Source: Amoebophrya sp. A120 (lineage: Eukaryota; Protista; Dinoflagellata). Taken from it: a stretch of 64,000 nucleotides of DNA. Positions 1 to 11,428 of this stretch are shown in pieces (position 1 is the first letter of the stretch; every line of letters starts with the position of its first letter). The position numbers and the translations under genes were made by a program. The notes under the pieces were generated by a model, which saw nothing but the letters and a program-made list of their open reading frames with translations, was not told where the DNA came from and did not search any database. The stretch spans positions 1,740,281 through 1,804,280 of the forward strand of contig CAJINV010000013.1 in NCBI GenBank assembly GCA_905178155.1, in the 5' to 3' direction.

Positions 1-449
1 TAACACATCTTCTGTCTCCTGGTGGGAGCATAGCTGGATAGTATAAATGACGGTCGTGGGTGCGAAGGCCTTTGGGCCGTGCCGAAAGGAAAGAGACCGC
101 GCTTCAAATGGAAGAAGTCGTCGGCATACCGCTGCGGGCGGACGATCCTCGGTCATTGGCCAGGGCCGCCAGTGATGCTGTCGCTTATTTATCGACACCA
201 GGCGACTTCAACGACGCGTTATTGTTCGACGTGCGTCCTCTCGTCAATCTTTTTTGCTGAAGTATCTTGGAAATTAATGCATTATGCGCACTGTATTTGC
301 GGGCAAATAAGCCGACGCTTCGGTTCTTTTCGTGATTTTCACTTCAGCATTCAGCTTGGGCGAAAAGTCGCAAGAAGCTAAATTGCTAATATGACAACTC
401 CAAGCATACTAACTCACCGTAAATAAATTTGATTTCGGAAGAGCAAACC

Positions 450-970
450 ATGCCGGGTCCTCAAGGCGTTGCGCACCTTAATATCACTGCGGGCACGCTA
501 GTGGCCGTTGGTGGTATAATGGGTTACACGCGGAAAAAGTCCCTACCCTCCCTCGTCGCGGGAGTGTTGCTTGGGGCAGCGTACTACGGAAGTGCGTATT
601 TGGTCGACCGAGTAGACCCCGTCAAGGGATTCCAAGCGGGCGCAGCGACCTCGGCGTTTCTGACCGCCGCGATGCTGCCACGATACCTAAAAACCAAAGC
701 CTTCATGCCTGCAGGTAAAAAATGGTTAGTTTGTCTTGTAGTTTCCCGCACTTCGGCGAGCGTTGCCGTTTCAATAAATAACTGCCTTTTCTAACGTTGT
801 CGTACGTATTAGTGAGGCCGCCAAGCCGCGATGGATGTGTTGTATCTTTTTGTAGAGTCATGGACAAAAAGTATTTTGTCGCAACCAAACCGCCAGGTCT
901 CTGCGCACTGATTGGCGTCGGCGCTGGAGCTTACAACGGGTGGCAGTTGGCACGATATACGGCGAATTGA
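450..970 (+). CDS. TMEM14-family small membrane protein (exons 450-714, 897-970)
   Basis: GTLVAVGGIMGY-RKKSLPSLVAG...RYLKTKAFMPAG is the TMEM14 signature. GT-AG intron 715-896 joins it in frame to GLCALIGVGAGAYNGWQLARYTAN*. Confidence 0.85.
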
Positions 971-1879
971 GCTCCTTTGGTGTTTGAAACAAGTGCCATC
1001 CTTCTCGTGTGCGGCTTCTGTGTCATTTGTTTTAACCCACGCCAAAAAACCGAAAATGCAGATGGGCCAGCGCGATCGTCCTTTTTATGTGCTAGAAGTG
1101 CTCCTGCCCCATTTGTGCATTGTAGAAAAAATCTCTGTCCACGTCCACTCCGCCCTTCGCGTGGGTGTCAGGCCGTCGGGTGAAGGCAGTCGTACAGCTG
1201 TTTCAACTTTATTTTCTAAAATTGGCTGACTGAGTGCTTGAGTGAGGGAAGGTACTCGAGTCGGTGCTACGAACGAAGATCTTGTCTCTTCGAAGTTCAT
1301 CCTATCCAAATTGAGATTTTTACTTAGCACTATCGGTTCACTTCTATTATCGGTGGAAGTACTTAGTAAAATGGATCATCTGTCACAGTCAGTGTGGAGA
1401 ATTTTGACACAAATAAAGCAATTTACGGTCGAAAAAATCCTCTGTGATCAGAGTGACGAGGGCGGTTCGGTGAGTAGACTTTCGCAGGACTGCTCAAGAT
1501 TTTTTCTTTGTGTCGTACACTTAATGTCTATAAAAAAAAAATCCAATAGAAATTCTCCAACGCCCAAATAGAGATTCTCCGTATAGAGAATCTCCCGCGT
1601 CGAATCTATCGGCTCCCGCTTTGTCTTCGGTTGCGTCTGCTCTTCGCCTTCGCCTGGCGCAAAGAAAAGCTGTTGACCTTCCTCTGGCGCAAAAGGCCGC
1701 TCTCGCTTGACTTTTCAAAGTGCTCTTTTTGTTCCGTGCCCATGGACGGGGAAAAAAGTTCCTGTGCATGTTTCGGCCCCCGGGGGTTCAGCTTTTTCAT
1801 TCTTTATTTGCCCGCCGTCAGTTGCGGGGAAAGAAAGAATAACTCCGCACCGACCTGGCGGCCGGCGTAGGGGAAATAG

Positions 1880-3560
1880 AGAATATTGCGCACACTGTGC
1901 GCGCGCGGGCTTCTTTTTGAGCGGCCAGACGTTCTTGTTCGCCGATGCGCGGCATCTGGCGGCGTGGCGGAAATGAAAAAAATTTCTGCGCGCTGCGTCG
2001 CGGGGGCTTTTTCTTGTGAGCAGCCGGGCGCCTCTTTTCGCCGGCCCGCGCACCACATCAATCTTGTGGCGTGCTGGGATCGAAAAATAAATATGAGCGC
2101 CGCTGCCAGCGCGCCGCGCTTTGTAGCGATGCGGGATCGAATTCAAAAAATTTTCGTGCGCTGCGCGCGCGCGAGTTTGCTTCTCTGAGCGGCCGCGCGC
2201 TCTCGTTGCATGCCCGCGCGCCGCGCTTTGTGGCCATGCGGAATCGAATTCAAAAATTTTTGCGCGCTGCGCGCGCGCGGGGTTTTTTCTCTAAGCGGCC
2301 GCGCACCCTCGCCGCCCCCCCGTGCGCCGCGCTTTGCTGCGGTGCGTGTGGAAGTGAATTCAAAAAAATTTTGCGCGCCGCGCGCGCGAGTTTTTTTCTT
2401 TGAGCGGCCGGGCACTCCCACCGCCCGCGCGTCGCGTTTGGTGGCGGTGTGGGGTCGAATTCCAAAAAATTTCGTGCGCTGCGCGCGCGCCAATTCTTTT
2501 CTTTGAGCGGCCGCGCGCTTCCGTTGCCCGTGCGCCGCGCGGGGTGGCCGTGCGGAATCGAATTCAAAAAATTTTCGCGCGCTGCGCGCGCCCGAGTTTT
2601 TTTCTTTGAGCGGTCGCGCACCCCCGTCGCCCTCCCCGCGCGCCGCGCTTGGTGGTGGTGCGTGCATGTGGAAGCGAATTCAAAAAATTTTCGCGCGCTG
2701 CGCGCGCGCGCGTTTGTTCCTTTGAGCGGCCGGGCACTCCGATCGCCCACGCGCCGCGTGTTGTGGCGGTGTGGTTCGACTTCCAAAAAATTTCGCGCGC
2801 TGTGCGCGCGCGAGTTTGTTTCTCAGAGCGGCCGCGCACCCCGGCCGCCCGAGCGCCGCGCGTCCCTTTTGGCAGGCGATGGGAATGGGGCCGAATTCGA
2901 AAAAAATTTCGCGCGCTGCGCGCGCGCGAGTTTTTCTCTCTGGGCGGCCGCGCACCCCCGTCGCCCGCGCGGCGCGCCTGGTGGCGATGGATGTGGAATC
3001 GAATGCGAAAAGTTTTTGCGCTTCTTTTTCCTTGGCCGGTCGCGTATTTTCGTCGCCCGCGCTTCGCGCTTGGTGGCGATGTGGGGTCGAGCTACAAACT
3101 TTGTGCGCGCTGCGCGCGCGCTTTTTCTTCTACTGGGCGCGCGGCCGCGCACTCCTTTGCGCGCGCCACACATGGTGGCGCGTTTGCTGGGATTGGCAAG
3201 AAGTTCTCGCGCATTGAGGTCGCGCGCGCGGAGTGCGGCGGTGATGGGTTAAATTCTCTCGCGCGGGCTGCAGCCATGCGTCGTGGTTGGATCGATGGAA
3301 TGGGATAAATTCTCCTGCGCTGCGCGCCTGGTGTCCGTTTTTTCGAGCAGGCGGCGCGCGCTCCTTTTCGTGCGCCGCGACCCCCCTGCGTTGTTTGCGG
3401 GAATGAAAAAAAAAACTCCTCGCGCTCCGCCCGCCTGGGCTTTTTCTTTCGTGCTGGCTCCCTTTTTCTGCGCGCCGCACCTAGGTGGCGGCCGGCGGAC
3501 CGACGTTGTGGGGGCCAAAAAAAAACTCGCGCGCTGCGCGCGCGGGCCACCTCTCGGGCA
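1880..3560. repeat. Degenerate ~108-bp tandem repeat (GAATTCAAAAAATTTTCGCGCGCTGCGCGCGCG...GAGCGGCCGCGC)
   Basis: GAATTC-like core at ~2139, 2246, 2357, 2457, 2561, 2676, 2778, 2893 (spacing 100-115 bp), decaying on both sides. Confidence 0.9.
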
Positions 3561-3739
3561 GGCGCGTGGGTGTTCTCGCGTGCCGCGTCTGGCGCCGTGG
3601 GTGGGAGGCCGCTAAGTGGGTCCATCAAAGATTTTCGAGGAGCGCCGCGCGCTCCTACGTTATCGCGCGCCGCACCTAGCTGGTGTGGGCGTGTGTCGCG
3701 AAGATAATCGTGCGGGCTGCCGCTAGACGGCCGGGCTGC

Positions 3740-4100
3740 GCCCAGGCTTTGCAGGCTAGCGAAGCCTTGGTTGAGAGGCTGGCAGACTAGCGCCCAGGCT
3801 TTGCAGGCTAGCGAAGCCTTGGCTGAGAGGCTGGCTGGCAGACTAGCGCCCAGGCTTTGCAGGCTAGCGAAGCGGAAGCCTGGGCGCCAGGCTGGCAGGC
3901 TAGCAAAGCCTGGGCGCCTGGCTGGCAGGCTAGCAAAGCCGGGGCGCCAGGCTGGCAGGCTAGCAGAGCCGGGGTGCCAGGCTGGCAGGCTAGCAGAGCC
4001 TGGGTGCCAGCAGGCTGGCAGGCTAACAAAGCCTGGGTTGCCAGCAGGCTGGCAGGCTAGCAAAGCCTGGGTTGCCAGGCTGGTAGCCAGGCCTCCTGGG
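3740..4100. repeat. ~57-60-bp then 30-bp minisatellite (AGCCTGGGCGCCAGGCTGGCAGGCTAGCAA)
   Basis: About 2.5 longer units followed by about 7 units of 30 bp. The consensus unit has a 7-bp stem AGCCTGG-gcg-CCAGGCT. Confidence 0.9.
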
Positions 4101-4127
4101 TTGCTGGCTGGCAACCTAGCATCACAG

Positions 4128-4396
4128 ATAGAGAATCTCTATCCCAGATAGAGATTCTCTATCCCAGATGGAGAATCTCTATTTGGGATGGAGAATCTCT
4201 ATTTCGGCTTCGCCACTGGTGGAGGAGCTGCTGAAATATAGTAAAAAACATGTGGGAAAACAGTAAGAAACAGAAAAAGAAGAAAAAAGAAAGAAAAAGA
4301 AAGAAAGAAAAAGAAAAAAGTGATACTCTTTATCGAGAATTTCTATTTTCCTCGGAGAATCTCTATTTCAAATAGAGATTCTCTGAGATTTTCTAT
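4128..4396. repeat. Array of palindromic ATAGAGA(A/T)TCTCTAT motifs interrupted by an A/G-rich microsatellite
   Basis: Motifs at 20-bp spacing at 4131/4151/4171/4191, then at 4335/4355/4372/4385. Polypurine tract at ~4265-4320. Confidence 0.85.
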
Positions 4397-4644
4397 TTCG
4401 AGAGCCTCCATTATACATCTTCATGAGCTAGCAGTTTGTGCTTTCCAAATCCGGTACAGTACCCGCAGTTCCACCCAAGAGTACAACTAGAGGCTACCCT
4501 TTTTACTATTCGAACAACGTCCCACCTCCCATAAAAAATATCTCCCACAAGAATTCCTGCAAATCCCAATCGCTGTCCACCCGATTTACTTACTTACAAC
4601 TAGTCCAACTCCAGGGTACTATCAGTATTTTTCCGTACGTAAAA

Positions 4645-5193
4645 ATGTTGTCCGCCGCTCGCGTCCGCCCATGCTTTTTCACCGCGTCCGTAAAGCACCA
4701 GTTGAGGTGTGGGGCTGGTGCGGCAGCAGGATCAGCTCCTGTGGGGGAGAGGAGTAGGAGCGATCTTTATCAGACGACAAGACGATTTTTTGCCTCGTCC
4801 AGCTCCTCCAAGTACTACGACAATTCCAAGGCGCAGAGGGATTACGAGCGCAGCCAGACCTTCATGGAGAAGCTGAAGGAGAAGAACGAAGCGCCGGTGG
4901 AGACAGGTAAAAATGATTCAAGACTGCAGGCAGAGACAACTTCAACACCGCCAGCGGCAGCAGGAGAACCAGCAGCAGCAGCAGCAACTTCTTCGAAAAT
5001 CACCTCTGCGACCGTGCGGGACCAGCAGAAGGTGCTGTTTCCCCGGTTGACCGAGGAAGCGAGCGAGGAGGAATTCGGCGAGGCCGACGAGAAAAGCGGC
5101 AGTATGAAGAAGGAGGTTGGGTTCAAATACCTGGGAAAGGAACCAACCAGCTACGGAGACTGGTCGCACAAGGGACGGGTCACCGACTTTTGA
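4645..5193 (+). CDS. SDHAF4: Succinate dehydrogenase assembly factor 4 (DUF1674), mitochondrial
   Basis: C-terminal EVG...KEPTSYGDWSHKGRVTDF matches the SDHAF4 motif EPTRYGDWExKGRxxDF. The R/S/A-rich N-terminus (MLSAARVR) resembles a transit peptide. Confidence 0.9.
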   Translation: MLSAARVRPCFFTASVKHQLRCGAGAAAGSAPVGERSRSDLYQTTRRFFASSSSSKYYDNSKAQRDYERSQTFMEKLKEKNEAPVETGKNDSRLQAETTSTPPAAAGEPAAAAATSSKITSATVRDQQKVLFPRLTEEASEEEFGEADEKSGSMKKEVGFKYLGKEPTSYGDWSHKGRVTDF

Positions 5194-5935
5194 AGCTACC
5201 ACCGGCCGCACTGGTTGTAGTTCTGAATTGTTTGTATGAAGAAGAGTCCTCTAGGTTGAATCGCGACGGCGTTGACGAAAAAGCAAGAAGAACTACCACT
5301 TTAAATCCAAAAACAAAATGCTATTGTGCCAACAAAAAGAGGATTTACTTGCTAGTAGTACAGCAGTGTGAAGATGATAAACTTACAGCAATCTATAATT
5401 TTCAAGAACATCATCGTTGTGAACACAAAAATGCGGGTGGAAATAAAGCCGGTGAGGTTCTTTTGTTTTCACTTTCAGGCAGCGAACGTCAATGTCTCTC
5501 TAACGGACGTTCACGACTGCTATTCTGCAGAGAAGTGCCTGTTAGTTTTTGTCATCTTTCCATTCGGTTACGGTTTTGAGTCTTCTGAAGTAAAATTTGT
5601 TTCGGTACGATGTTAGTCTGAGGCGTCGCCGAGGGTCGGTTTTAGACGTATCTTTTCTGCCACCACACAAAGTATTAACGGTGCTCCCTTTCTCCACGGT
5701 CGGTATCTAGTGCGAGGATTCGGTTGCGGCACGCTGCGGTCGGCAGGATTCTGTATCTACTTTCGTTAGTACAACCCTCTTCCTCGTCGAGAAAAAAAAA
5801 TTGACATTTTTCTGGAGCAGCTTCCTCACAACTCGTATGCAACATCCAACTACAACTCCCTTCTTGCGGTATATGTAATTGAAAATCATGTATACTTAGA
5901 CTGTTGCGCTCGCAGCCCGTTTTTCAAAAAAGAAA

Positions 5936-6598
5936 ATGTCCAATCCCGGTTACGGCTCCTGTTGGGTCCCCAGTAAGCGAGAGCAGGCCGCTTTACAGTT
6001 TTTCTTCGATACCAGAGAGAACGATATAATCACGAATCTGGCACTACGGGGAGGAAATAAATCCACTAGTTTTAGTACCCCGGCGGCAAGCGGCACGACC
6101 AGGCAGGAGAATGGTAAATTTCGAGCAAAAAAGCGGAGCACCGGAGCAGGCATCAACAACAGAAACAAGTACGGGCGAAAGAGCGTCGATATCGCGAAAG
6201 ACAGACTAGACTTTTCCCGGGATTTCGCACGCAGGAAACTGCTGTTCATCTACAACGCGAACGGCTGCCCCGAATTCGCGGACACGACTATCGAAGACGG
6301 GGTGAAACCTCTCTTGTTCTACTTGTCGCCGATTGCGCATAACAATCTAGCCCACTCCAACGAGCAGTCAATGGAAATCTTGCTCCGCGACGTGTCCGCG
6401 AAGTTGAGTCCGGATTTCAACAAAAACGTGCAAGTGAAAGCACTCTACGATAGCTGTTTGCGCAAAATCGAATCCGTTTCAGAACTGAAGCACGGTGGTA
6501 AATACCTAGCGTGCGAAACGACCTGGTTCAAAAAGCCGCCGGCCAGGAGCCTGGTGCCCTTTTTAACGGACTTGATTGACGTGCAAAGGGCGTATTGA
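5936..6598 (+). CDS. Doublecortin (DCX) domain protein, apicortin-like
   Basis: LLFIYNANG...MEILLRDVSAKL...VKALYDSCLRKIESVSELKHGGKYLAC fits a single DCX domain. Upstream ENGK...GAG...YGRK resembles the degenerate p25alpha GxGxGxxGR motif of apicortin. Confidence 0.7.
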   Translation: MSNPGYGSCWVPSKREQAALQFFFDTRENDIITNLALRGGNKSTSFSTPAASGTTRQENGKFRAKKRSTGAGINNRNKYGRKSVDIAKDRLDFSRDFARRKLLFIYNANGCPEFADTTIEDGVKPLLFYLSPIAHNNLAHSNEQSMEILLRDVSAKLSPDFNKNVQVKALYDSCLRKIESVSELKHGGKYLACETTWFKKPPARSLVPFLTDLIDVQRAY

Positions 6599-7322
6599 AG
6601 AATTGCTATTGATGTGACGCCGCGCCTTTAAAACTAAGGACAGCAGTAAGTACGAAGTTCATGTGCAACATCAAAAGCTACCGCTACGTGGTGCGGTGGG
6701 TAGTCTTTTGCGACACAGATTTATTAATACGCTCTGTCCAGGAGGGTGCAGTAGCTGTTCTGTTTTCAACTTGATGAAATCACCTTGATGAAATCAAATA
6801 ATTTCATCAGCCTGAGCGTTATTGAGAGTAAGTAGCAGGAGAGATAAGCGAACAAGTCTTGGCACACAACTTTTTTGAAAGCTGCGATGTTCATCTCTGG
6901 GTTGGTTCTTTTGAGAGGATTGTTGATGCAGGCAACTCTAGTAAGTAGAGATGCACAGCACACTAAGACAGGCAATTTCGCAGAAAATATGTCTCTTTAA
7001 AAAAGCGATTTAGGTACGCGGAATCAGTATCGCTATCGGCAGACATCAACAATAAAACTGGAAAACTCTTGATGAGCACCGCCTTGAAAGCCAAGTCATG
7101 GGTCACTGGACCGTGGCCGCGCAGGCTGCTTCACACCGCCGAAGTTTGAAATCGTCCTTGGCCGAAACTGCCGCAAGGAAGCTTAGCATCGTAGCGTCCT
7201 CGACGGGGAACAAGAAAAGCAGTATCACAAGCGGCAGCAGCAACACCTTTGCTGCAACACGATCTCCCCTGGCGGATCATCCCCAGTCACTTTCACACCA
7301 CAGCACAACGAGCCTGATCAAC

Positions 7323-8274
7323 ATGGTGGCCCCGGAGGACGCGCTGCAGACATCCTGCACCATTCTCCCCGGATTTTTCGGCGTGTTCGTCCAGGTGGTC
7401 CTCGGGGTTTGCTGTTTCTCGACCCTGATAGTGAAGTGGCGCTTTGAGAAACCCTTCCCGCGGCCCGCGGTGATATTCTTTCGCGATAGTTCGAAACAGT
7501 TCGTCGGGGGTGCCTACATGCACGCCCTGAACATGCTCGCGGCCTACATCTTCGCGACGAAAAAGTCAAATGTATGAAATCGCGTTGCTTGCTTGGTCGT
7601 TAGATATTGCTATCATGTTTGTTGAAGGTGGTGAAGTTGACTTATTGCACCTATATGAGAAGTTGTAGCAAAAAACACGACGGCCAGCATAGAATTACTA
7701 ACGAAACCACCTACAAAAATGAATACAGGGTGACGAATGCGACTGGTATTGGGTGAACGTGGTAATAGACTGTACGCTAGGCACGTTTCTCAACTGCATC
7801 TATCTGCGAATAACGGAGAAGCTCTTCAGCTACTCCAGTGGCGTCTACGAGGACAGTTCCTACGCCGAGATAGGGAATGCAGAGAATACTTCTGCCGCGG
7901 GAACGACCGCTATGGAACAGGAGACCAAATCCATTTTGACCCGGATCAAGCTTTTCTTCAAAGCCTTAACACCGGCGTATAGGTTTCAAATTGGCGCCTG
8001 GATACTGGTGTTGACCTGTATGAAACTGACCATGATCTTGATTTTCTTCCAATTTGGAGAGTATCTCGTGAAATACGCGTCAGAACTCATAGACGGTCTC
8101 TTCGGGCCAACATCCAGCACGAACAAGTTGAAGCTTGTCTTTGTAATGATAGTCACCCCGGTGGTCATGAATATCTTCCAGTTTTGGGTCAGCGATAGCT
8201 TTTTGAAGGCGTCCAATAGCTTCTCGATAAGCGGAGGGAGTATCGATAGTAGGCCTTTGCAGGAGACGCAATAG
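7323..8274 (+). CDS. STIMATE/TMEM110 (YPL162C-like) multi-pass membrane protein (exons 7323-7571, 7729-8274)
   Basis: Motifs C-ILPG-FG-FVQ, KWRFEKP-RP-IFFRDSSKQ, H-LN, ECDWY-VN--IDCTLG, LVFVMIVTP-VMNIFQFW-SDSFLK. GT-AG intron 7572-7728 with TACTAAC branch point at 7696. Start could be 7098. Confidence 0.85.
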
Positions 8275-8727
8275 ATAAAGCTGAGTTTTTTATGCGTTGT
8301 ACTCATTTCAACGACGTTTCAGAACATGTTTCATATGCTGCCAAATTTTGGGACTTGTGGAAATCGTAAAATCGTTTCATGATGAAAGAAGTCCCTTTTT
8401 TCCCGCCATTGTGATTTCAGTGCGACCTCAAAATTAAACACAAAAAGCAGGCGGTCAGTCGCAAATTCGTGCCGCAGCGTGTTCGCGAAGCTTGCCCTGG
8501 GAATAGAACGACAGGAGAGCCAGACGCCAGAGCTGCGATCAGAACTCGAGGATCGCCGTTTATTCTCCTCGCGTCGGACGTCGGAATAGCTATGTGCAAG
8601 TATCCACCATAAAAATAGATCGCGGTCGCGGAAGATCGGCAAAAATTGTTCCTTATGTCTCACTTTCATTGAGTTACCAGTTTTTCTGTTTGCAACAAGT
8701 CGGATCTAAGTCTAGCACTACATCAAA

Positions 8728-9825
8728 ATGCGAACAGCCAGTCTATTTCCGCTCCCAATTGGCACGCAGCTGCTGCTGCGTTTCCCGCCAAAACGGGACG
8801 ACGAAACGGGAACTGAGCGGACACAAAAAATGATAACCACGGTGGAGTTAGCAACCGCAGAGCTGTTGCAGGAGTGGGTTTTGCAGAAACTGCAGCACAG
8901 CACGACGGGCTCAAATGTCGAAGACAACAACTCTTTTACAACTGACAACACTTCTCCGTCTGCGTCCTCACCGGGACGAAACGACCAGTACGAGCTCTTT
9001 TGGTCGAATAATTGGCCAGTGCTGAACGCAAAAGCTGCCCCAACGGGGATCGGGAGCAAGGGACGACGGGGAGGCAGCGGATCTTCAATTTTGCGACCTT
9101 TCTCGCCCAACGAAGTGTCCGTTTCCGGGGCGCAGGCGTCCAACAAGAAGCCGTTTGTTGTCTTGCACGTCAGACCTATGGCTATGTCTAGCCGCATGTT
9201 GCTTCTGCAGCAGCAACAGGAGCAAGAACGACATGGTCAGCAAAGGGCTGCAGCAGGAGCTACAACCACCTCCACCGGTAATAGTATTAAAACACCAATT
9301 GCGACATCTTCCGGGGGCGTTTCATCCCCGATTACAACAGCCACGACTTCGGGCGCCGCGGCAACCTCCGCACAGTCACCCGCTGCGAATCTTCTAAGTC
9401 AGCCGCTCCTGCAGCAGGCAAGTGACAATAACTACACCACCAGCTCTAGTACTTTCTTCGCCCCCAATCGGTTTTATCCGCTGAACACGATGCTAATTTC
9501 GAAAATTGAAACCCAGCGCAACGACAACACGAACGCACTGCAGAAGCGGTTGGTGCACTTGGAAGAACAGTTCAAAAAGAAGGAGTACAGCTACAATCTG
9601 TTGAAACGGGTGTACAGCACGATATTTGGAACCTTCGTCCTCTCCGTTTTGTTCTTGCTCCTTTTCGGTGCTTTAGTCGCGGCCACCGCAAACATCGACC
9701 CAAACTGGCGGGACTACGGGTACGAACAGCGACGGAAATTCATGCTGGAAATTGCGAGAAAATTTTTGCACTTCTTTGACCTAGAAAAGGACTTCCGGGA
9801 AAGCGCGGGAACGCCGCTTTCATGA
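8728..9825 (+). CDS. Hypothetical membrane protein with low-complexity middle, coiled coil and C-terminal TM helix
   Basis: 365-aa ORF with S/T/Q-rich linker and hydrophobic IFGTFVLSVLFLLLFGALVAA. The N-terminus may be a split ubiquitin-like fold (weak). Confidence 0.65.
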   Translation: MRTASLFPLPIGTQLLLRFPPKRDDETGTERTQKMITTVELATAELLQEWVLQKLQHSTTGSNVEDNNSFTTDNTSPSASSPGRNDQYELFWSNNWPVLNAKAAPTGIGSKGRRGGSGSSILRPFSPNEVSVSGAQASNKKPFVVLHVRPMAMSSRMLLLQQQQEQERHGQQRAAAGATTTSTGNSIKTPIATSSGGVSSPITTATTSGAAATSAQSPAANLLSQPLLQQASDNNYTTSSSTFFAPNRFYPLNTMLISKIETQRNDNTNALQKRLVHLEEQFKKKEYSYNLLKRVYSTIFGTFVLSVLFLLLFGALVAATANIDPNWRDYGYEQRRKFMLEIARKFLHFFDLEKDFRESAGTPLS

Positions 9826-10226
9826 TGCAAATTTGATTTTTTTTTAAATCCGCTCCGAATCATGCAGACAATGATCTTCCTTCTGGTAGTCGTGTCGTAG
9901 GATCAAAAAAATGTGTTTATTAAAGACCCAGGGGACGATCATCCACTTTCTCTTTCTTTTGTTCTGAATGAAACGACAACTACGTTCCGGTTGTATTTGC
10001 TTTTTCCCAACCGAGAGAAGCAGGCTCTGGGGGGGGGGCTCGTGGAACTTGGAGCGTTGGAGTGTTTTTTTTTGATTCAGATGTTTGTCCCCCCTTTGAG
10101 GCGCGTTCGAGTTTTTTTTTTATCTATCGTGTCTTGGCGTTGGAATAGAAGCGTTTTTACTCGACCTTCTTTGCCTCCTGTAGGTTTCTAACAACTACTT
10201 ATCTATCAACAAATACGTAGAAAAAG

Positions 10227-11428
10227 ATGAGCAAGACCTCCCCAAACCCCGCCCGGCGTCGCAGTTCTTCTCATAATTTCAAGAAGAAGATTACTGGTTC
10301 GTCGGAAGTGCGGCGGAAACCGTCGCGGAACAAGAGCGCGCGGAACAAGGGACTGACGATACCATCGGCGCGCGGCAGTAGAAGTGGAACAAGCGATGCG
10401 ATCTCAACTTCTGCGCGGGCAAACACAAAAATAAAACCCGCGATGATTGGTTCCCCCCGCCCGGGGACTGTGGTCAGTAGGAGCAAGTCGTTTTATTGCT
10501 GGATGCTGCTGTGCAACTGCATTTCCTCCGTTTTCCAGTTCTGTTACTACACGAAGTTGCTCTTCAACAACTCCACGTCAGTGACAACGAATGCGAACGA
10601 GCTGATCTTTTGCGAACTGGTGCTGGCGATGTTCAAAATGTCAGTGGAACTTTACTACAAGGACTGGCGGTTAGATCGCTGGGATTTACACATCCACCAC
10701 TTTCTTTCGTTCCTGGCCACGGCGCTGTGTCTGGAATGGATCGAATGGAAATCCTTCCCCGCGAAGAAATACAGCGAATTGGTGGTCCACGGGTTGAGTA
10801 TCCACTTCGCTTTAGTTTTCACGTCCGTGAAGCGAATTTTCACGGTCACGGGGGTTTCCGCGCCGGGAATTTTGAATAAGGTCGACACCGTGGACGAGTG
10901 GCTGAAGCGAAACTTCTCGTTGGAGGTGAGAAAATATCAAGTGCAAAAATGTCTGGGTCTGGAAGAGTGCATGTCTGTCATGCTTGTCTAGCATGACCCT
11001 TAAATCTGTCATGCACGTTACCAAAGAGCTTCATTTTTCTGTGATGCAGAAACGCAGTTTGTCATGCAGAATAGGCAACACATAGAAGCTCAGAAACTTG
11101 TCATGCTGCGCCAGCATTTGTGGCCTCATTATGAGACGCCACCCAGCATCACAAGTTTCCAGACCCAGACATTTTTACACTTGATAGAAAACTGCTCGAT
11201 TCGATTTCGCAGCAGGTGTTGCTCCTCGTTTGGCTACCGGTTGTCGGGTTCAGATCTCTCGGGATTCTCTACTACGGGCTCTTCAAGTACGAGAACTCGC
11301 TCGTCGTACTGGTGTTCGGCGTGCTGTTTCTCATGCTAGATTTGAACTGGACAAGGTGGGACCTGTACAGGGAGGCGGCGGCGGGAATCGTGGCGAGGCT
11401 GGGTAGTTACAGGAGGAAAAAGGCGTAA
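10227..11428 (+). CDS. TLC (TRAM/LAG1/CLN8)-like multi-pass membrane protein (exons 10227-10925, 11216-11428)
   Basis: Several TM segments with the WDLHIHH motif and later W---FR and LDLNW. Phase-0 GT-AG intron 10926-11215 joins ORFs 10227 and 11216. Confidence 0.7.
10926..11215 (+). mobile_element. Introner-like intron with 30-bp subterminal inverted repeats
   Basis: 10935-10964 TATCAAGTGCAAAAATGTCTGGGTCTGGAA is the reverse complement of 11157-11186 (29/30). AG|GTG is repeated at both junctions. Confidence 0.7.

Larger units (their letters stand above)
1525..4417. mobile_element. Putative non-autonomous DNA-transposon-like element with subterminal palindromic motifs and internal satellites
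   Basis: Clusters of ATAGAGATTCTC/GAGAATCTCTAT at both ends; 1543-1580 is an imperfect inverted copy of 4170-4207. Interior is non-coding GC-rich tandem repeat. No TSD found; ends approximate. Confidence 0.55.

Noticed and set aside
60-381. Short ORFs at the window start
   Set aside because: No recognisable homology or splice support; could be part of a gene outside the window.
3740-4100. 30-bp palindromic repeats resembling a CRISPR array
   Set aside because: Units are directly adjacent with no unique spacers, there are no cas genes, and the context is eukaryotic.
1600-4151. Many overlapping Arg/Ala-rich ORFs, including 3092..4114 (-) with PGFASLPAW repeats
   Set aside because: They are translations of GC-rich tandem repeats, open on both strands and in several frames, with no protein-like features.
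1521-4421. TGT...ACA ends suggesting a Ginger-type element
   Set aside because: The flanks (TTAA versus TCTT) give no TSD and the outermost match is only 3-4 bp.
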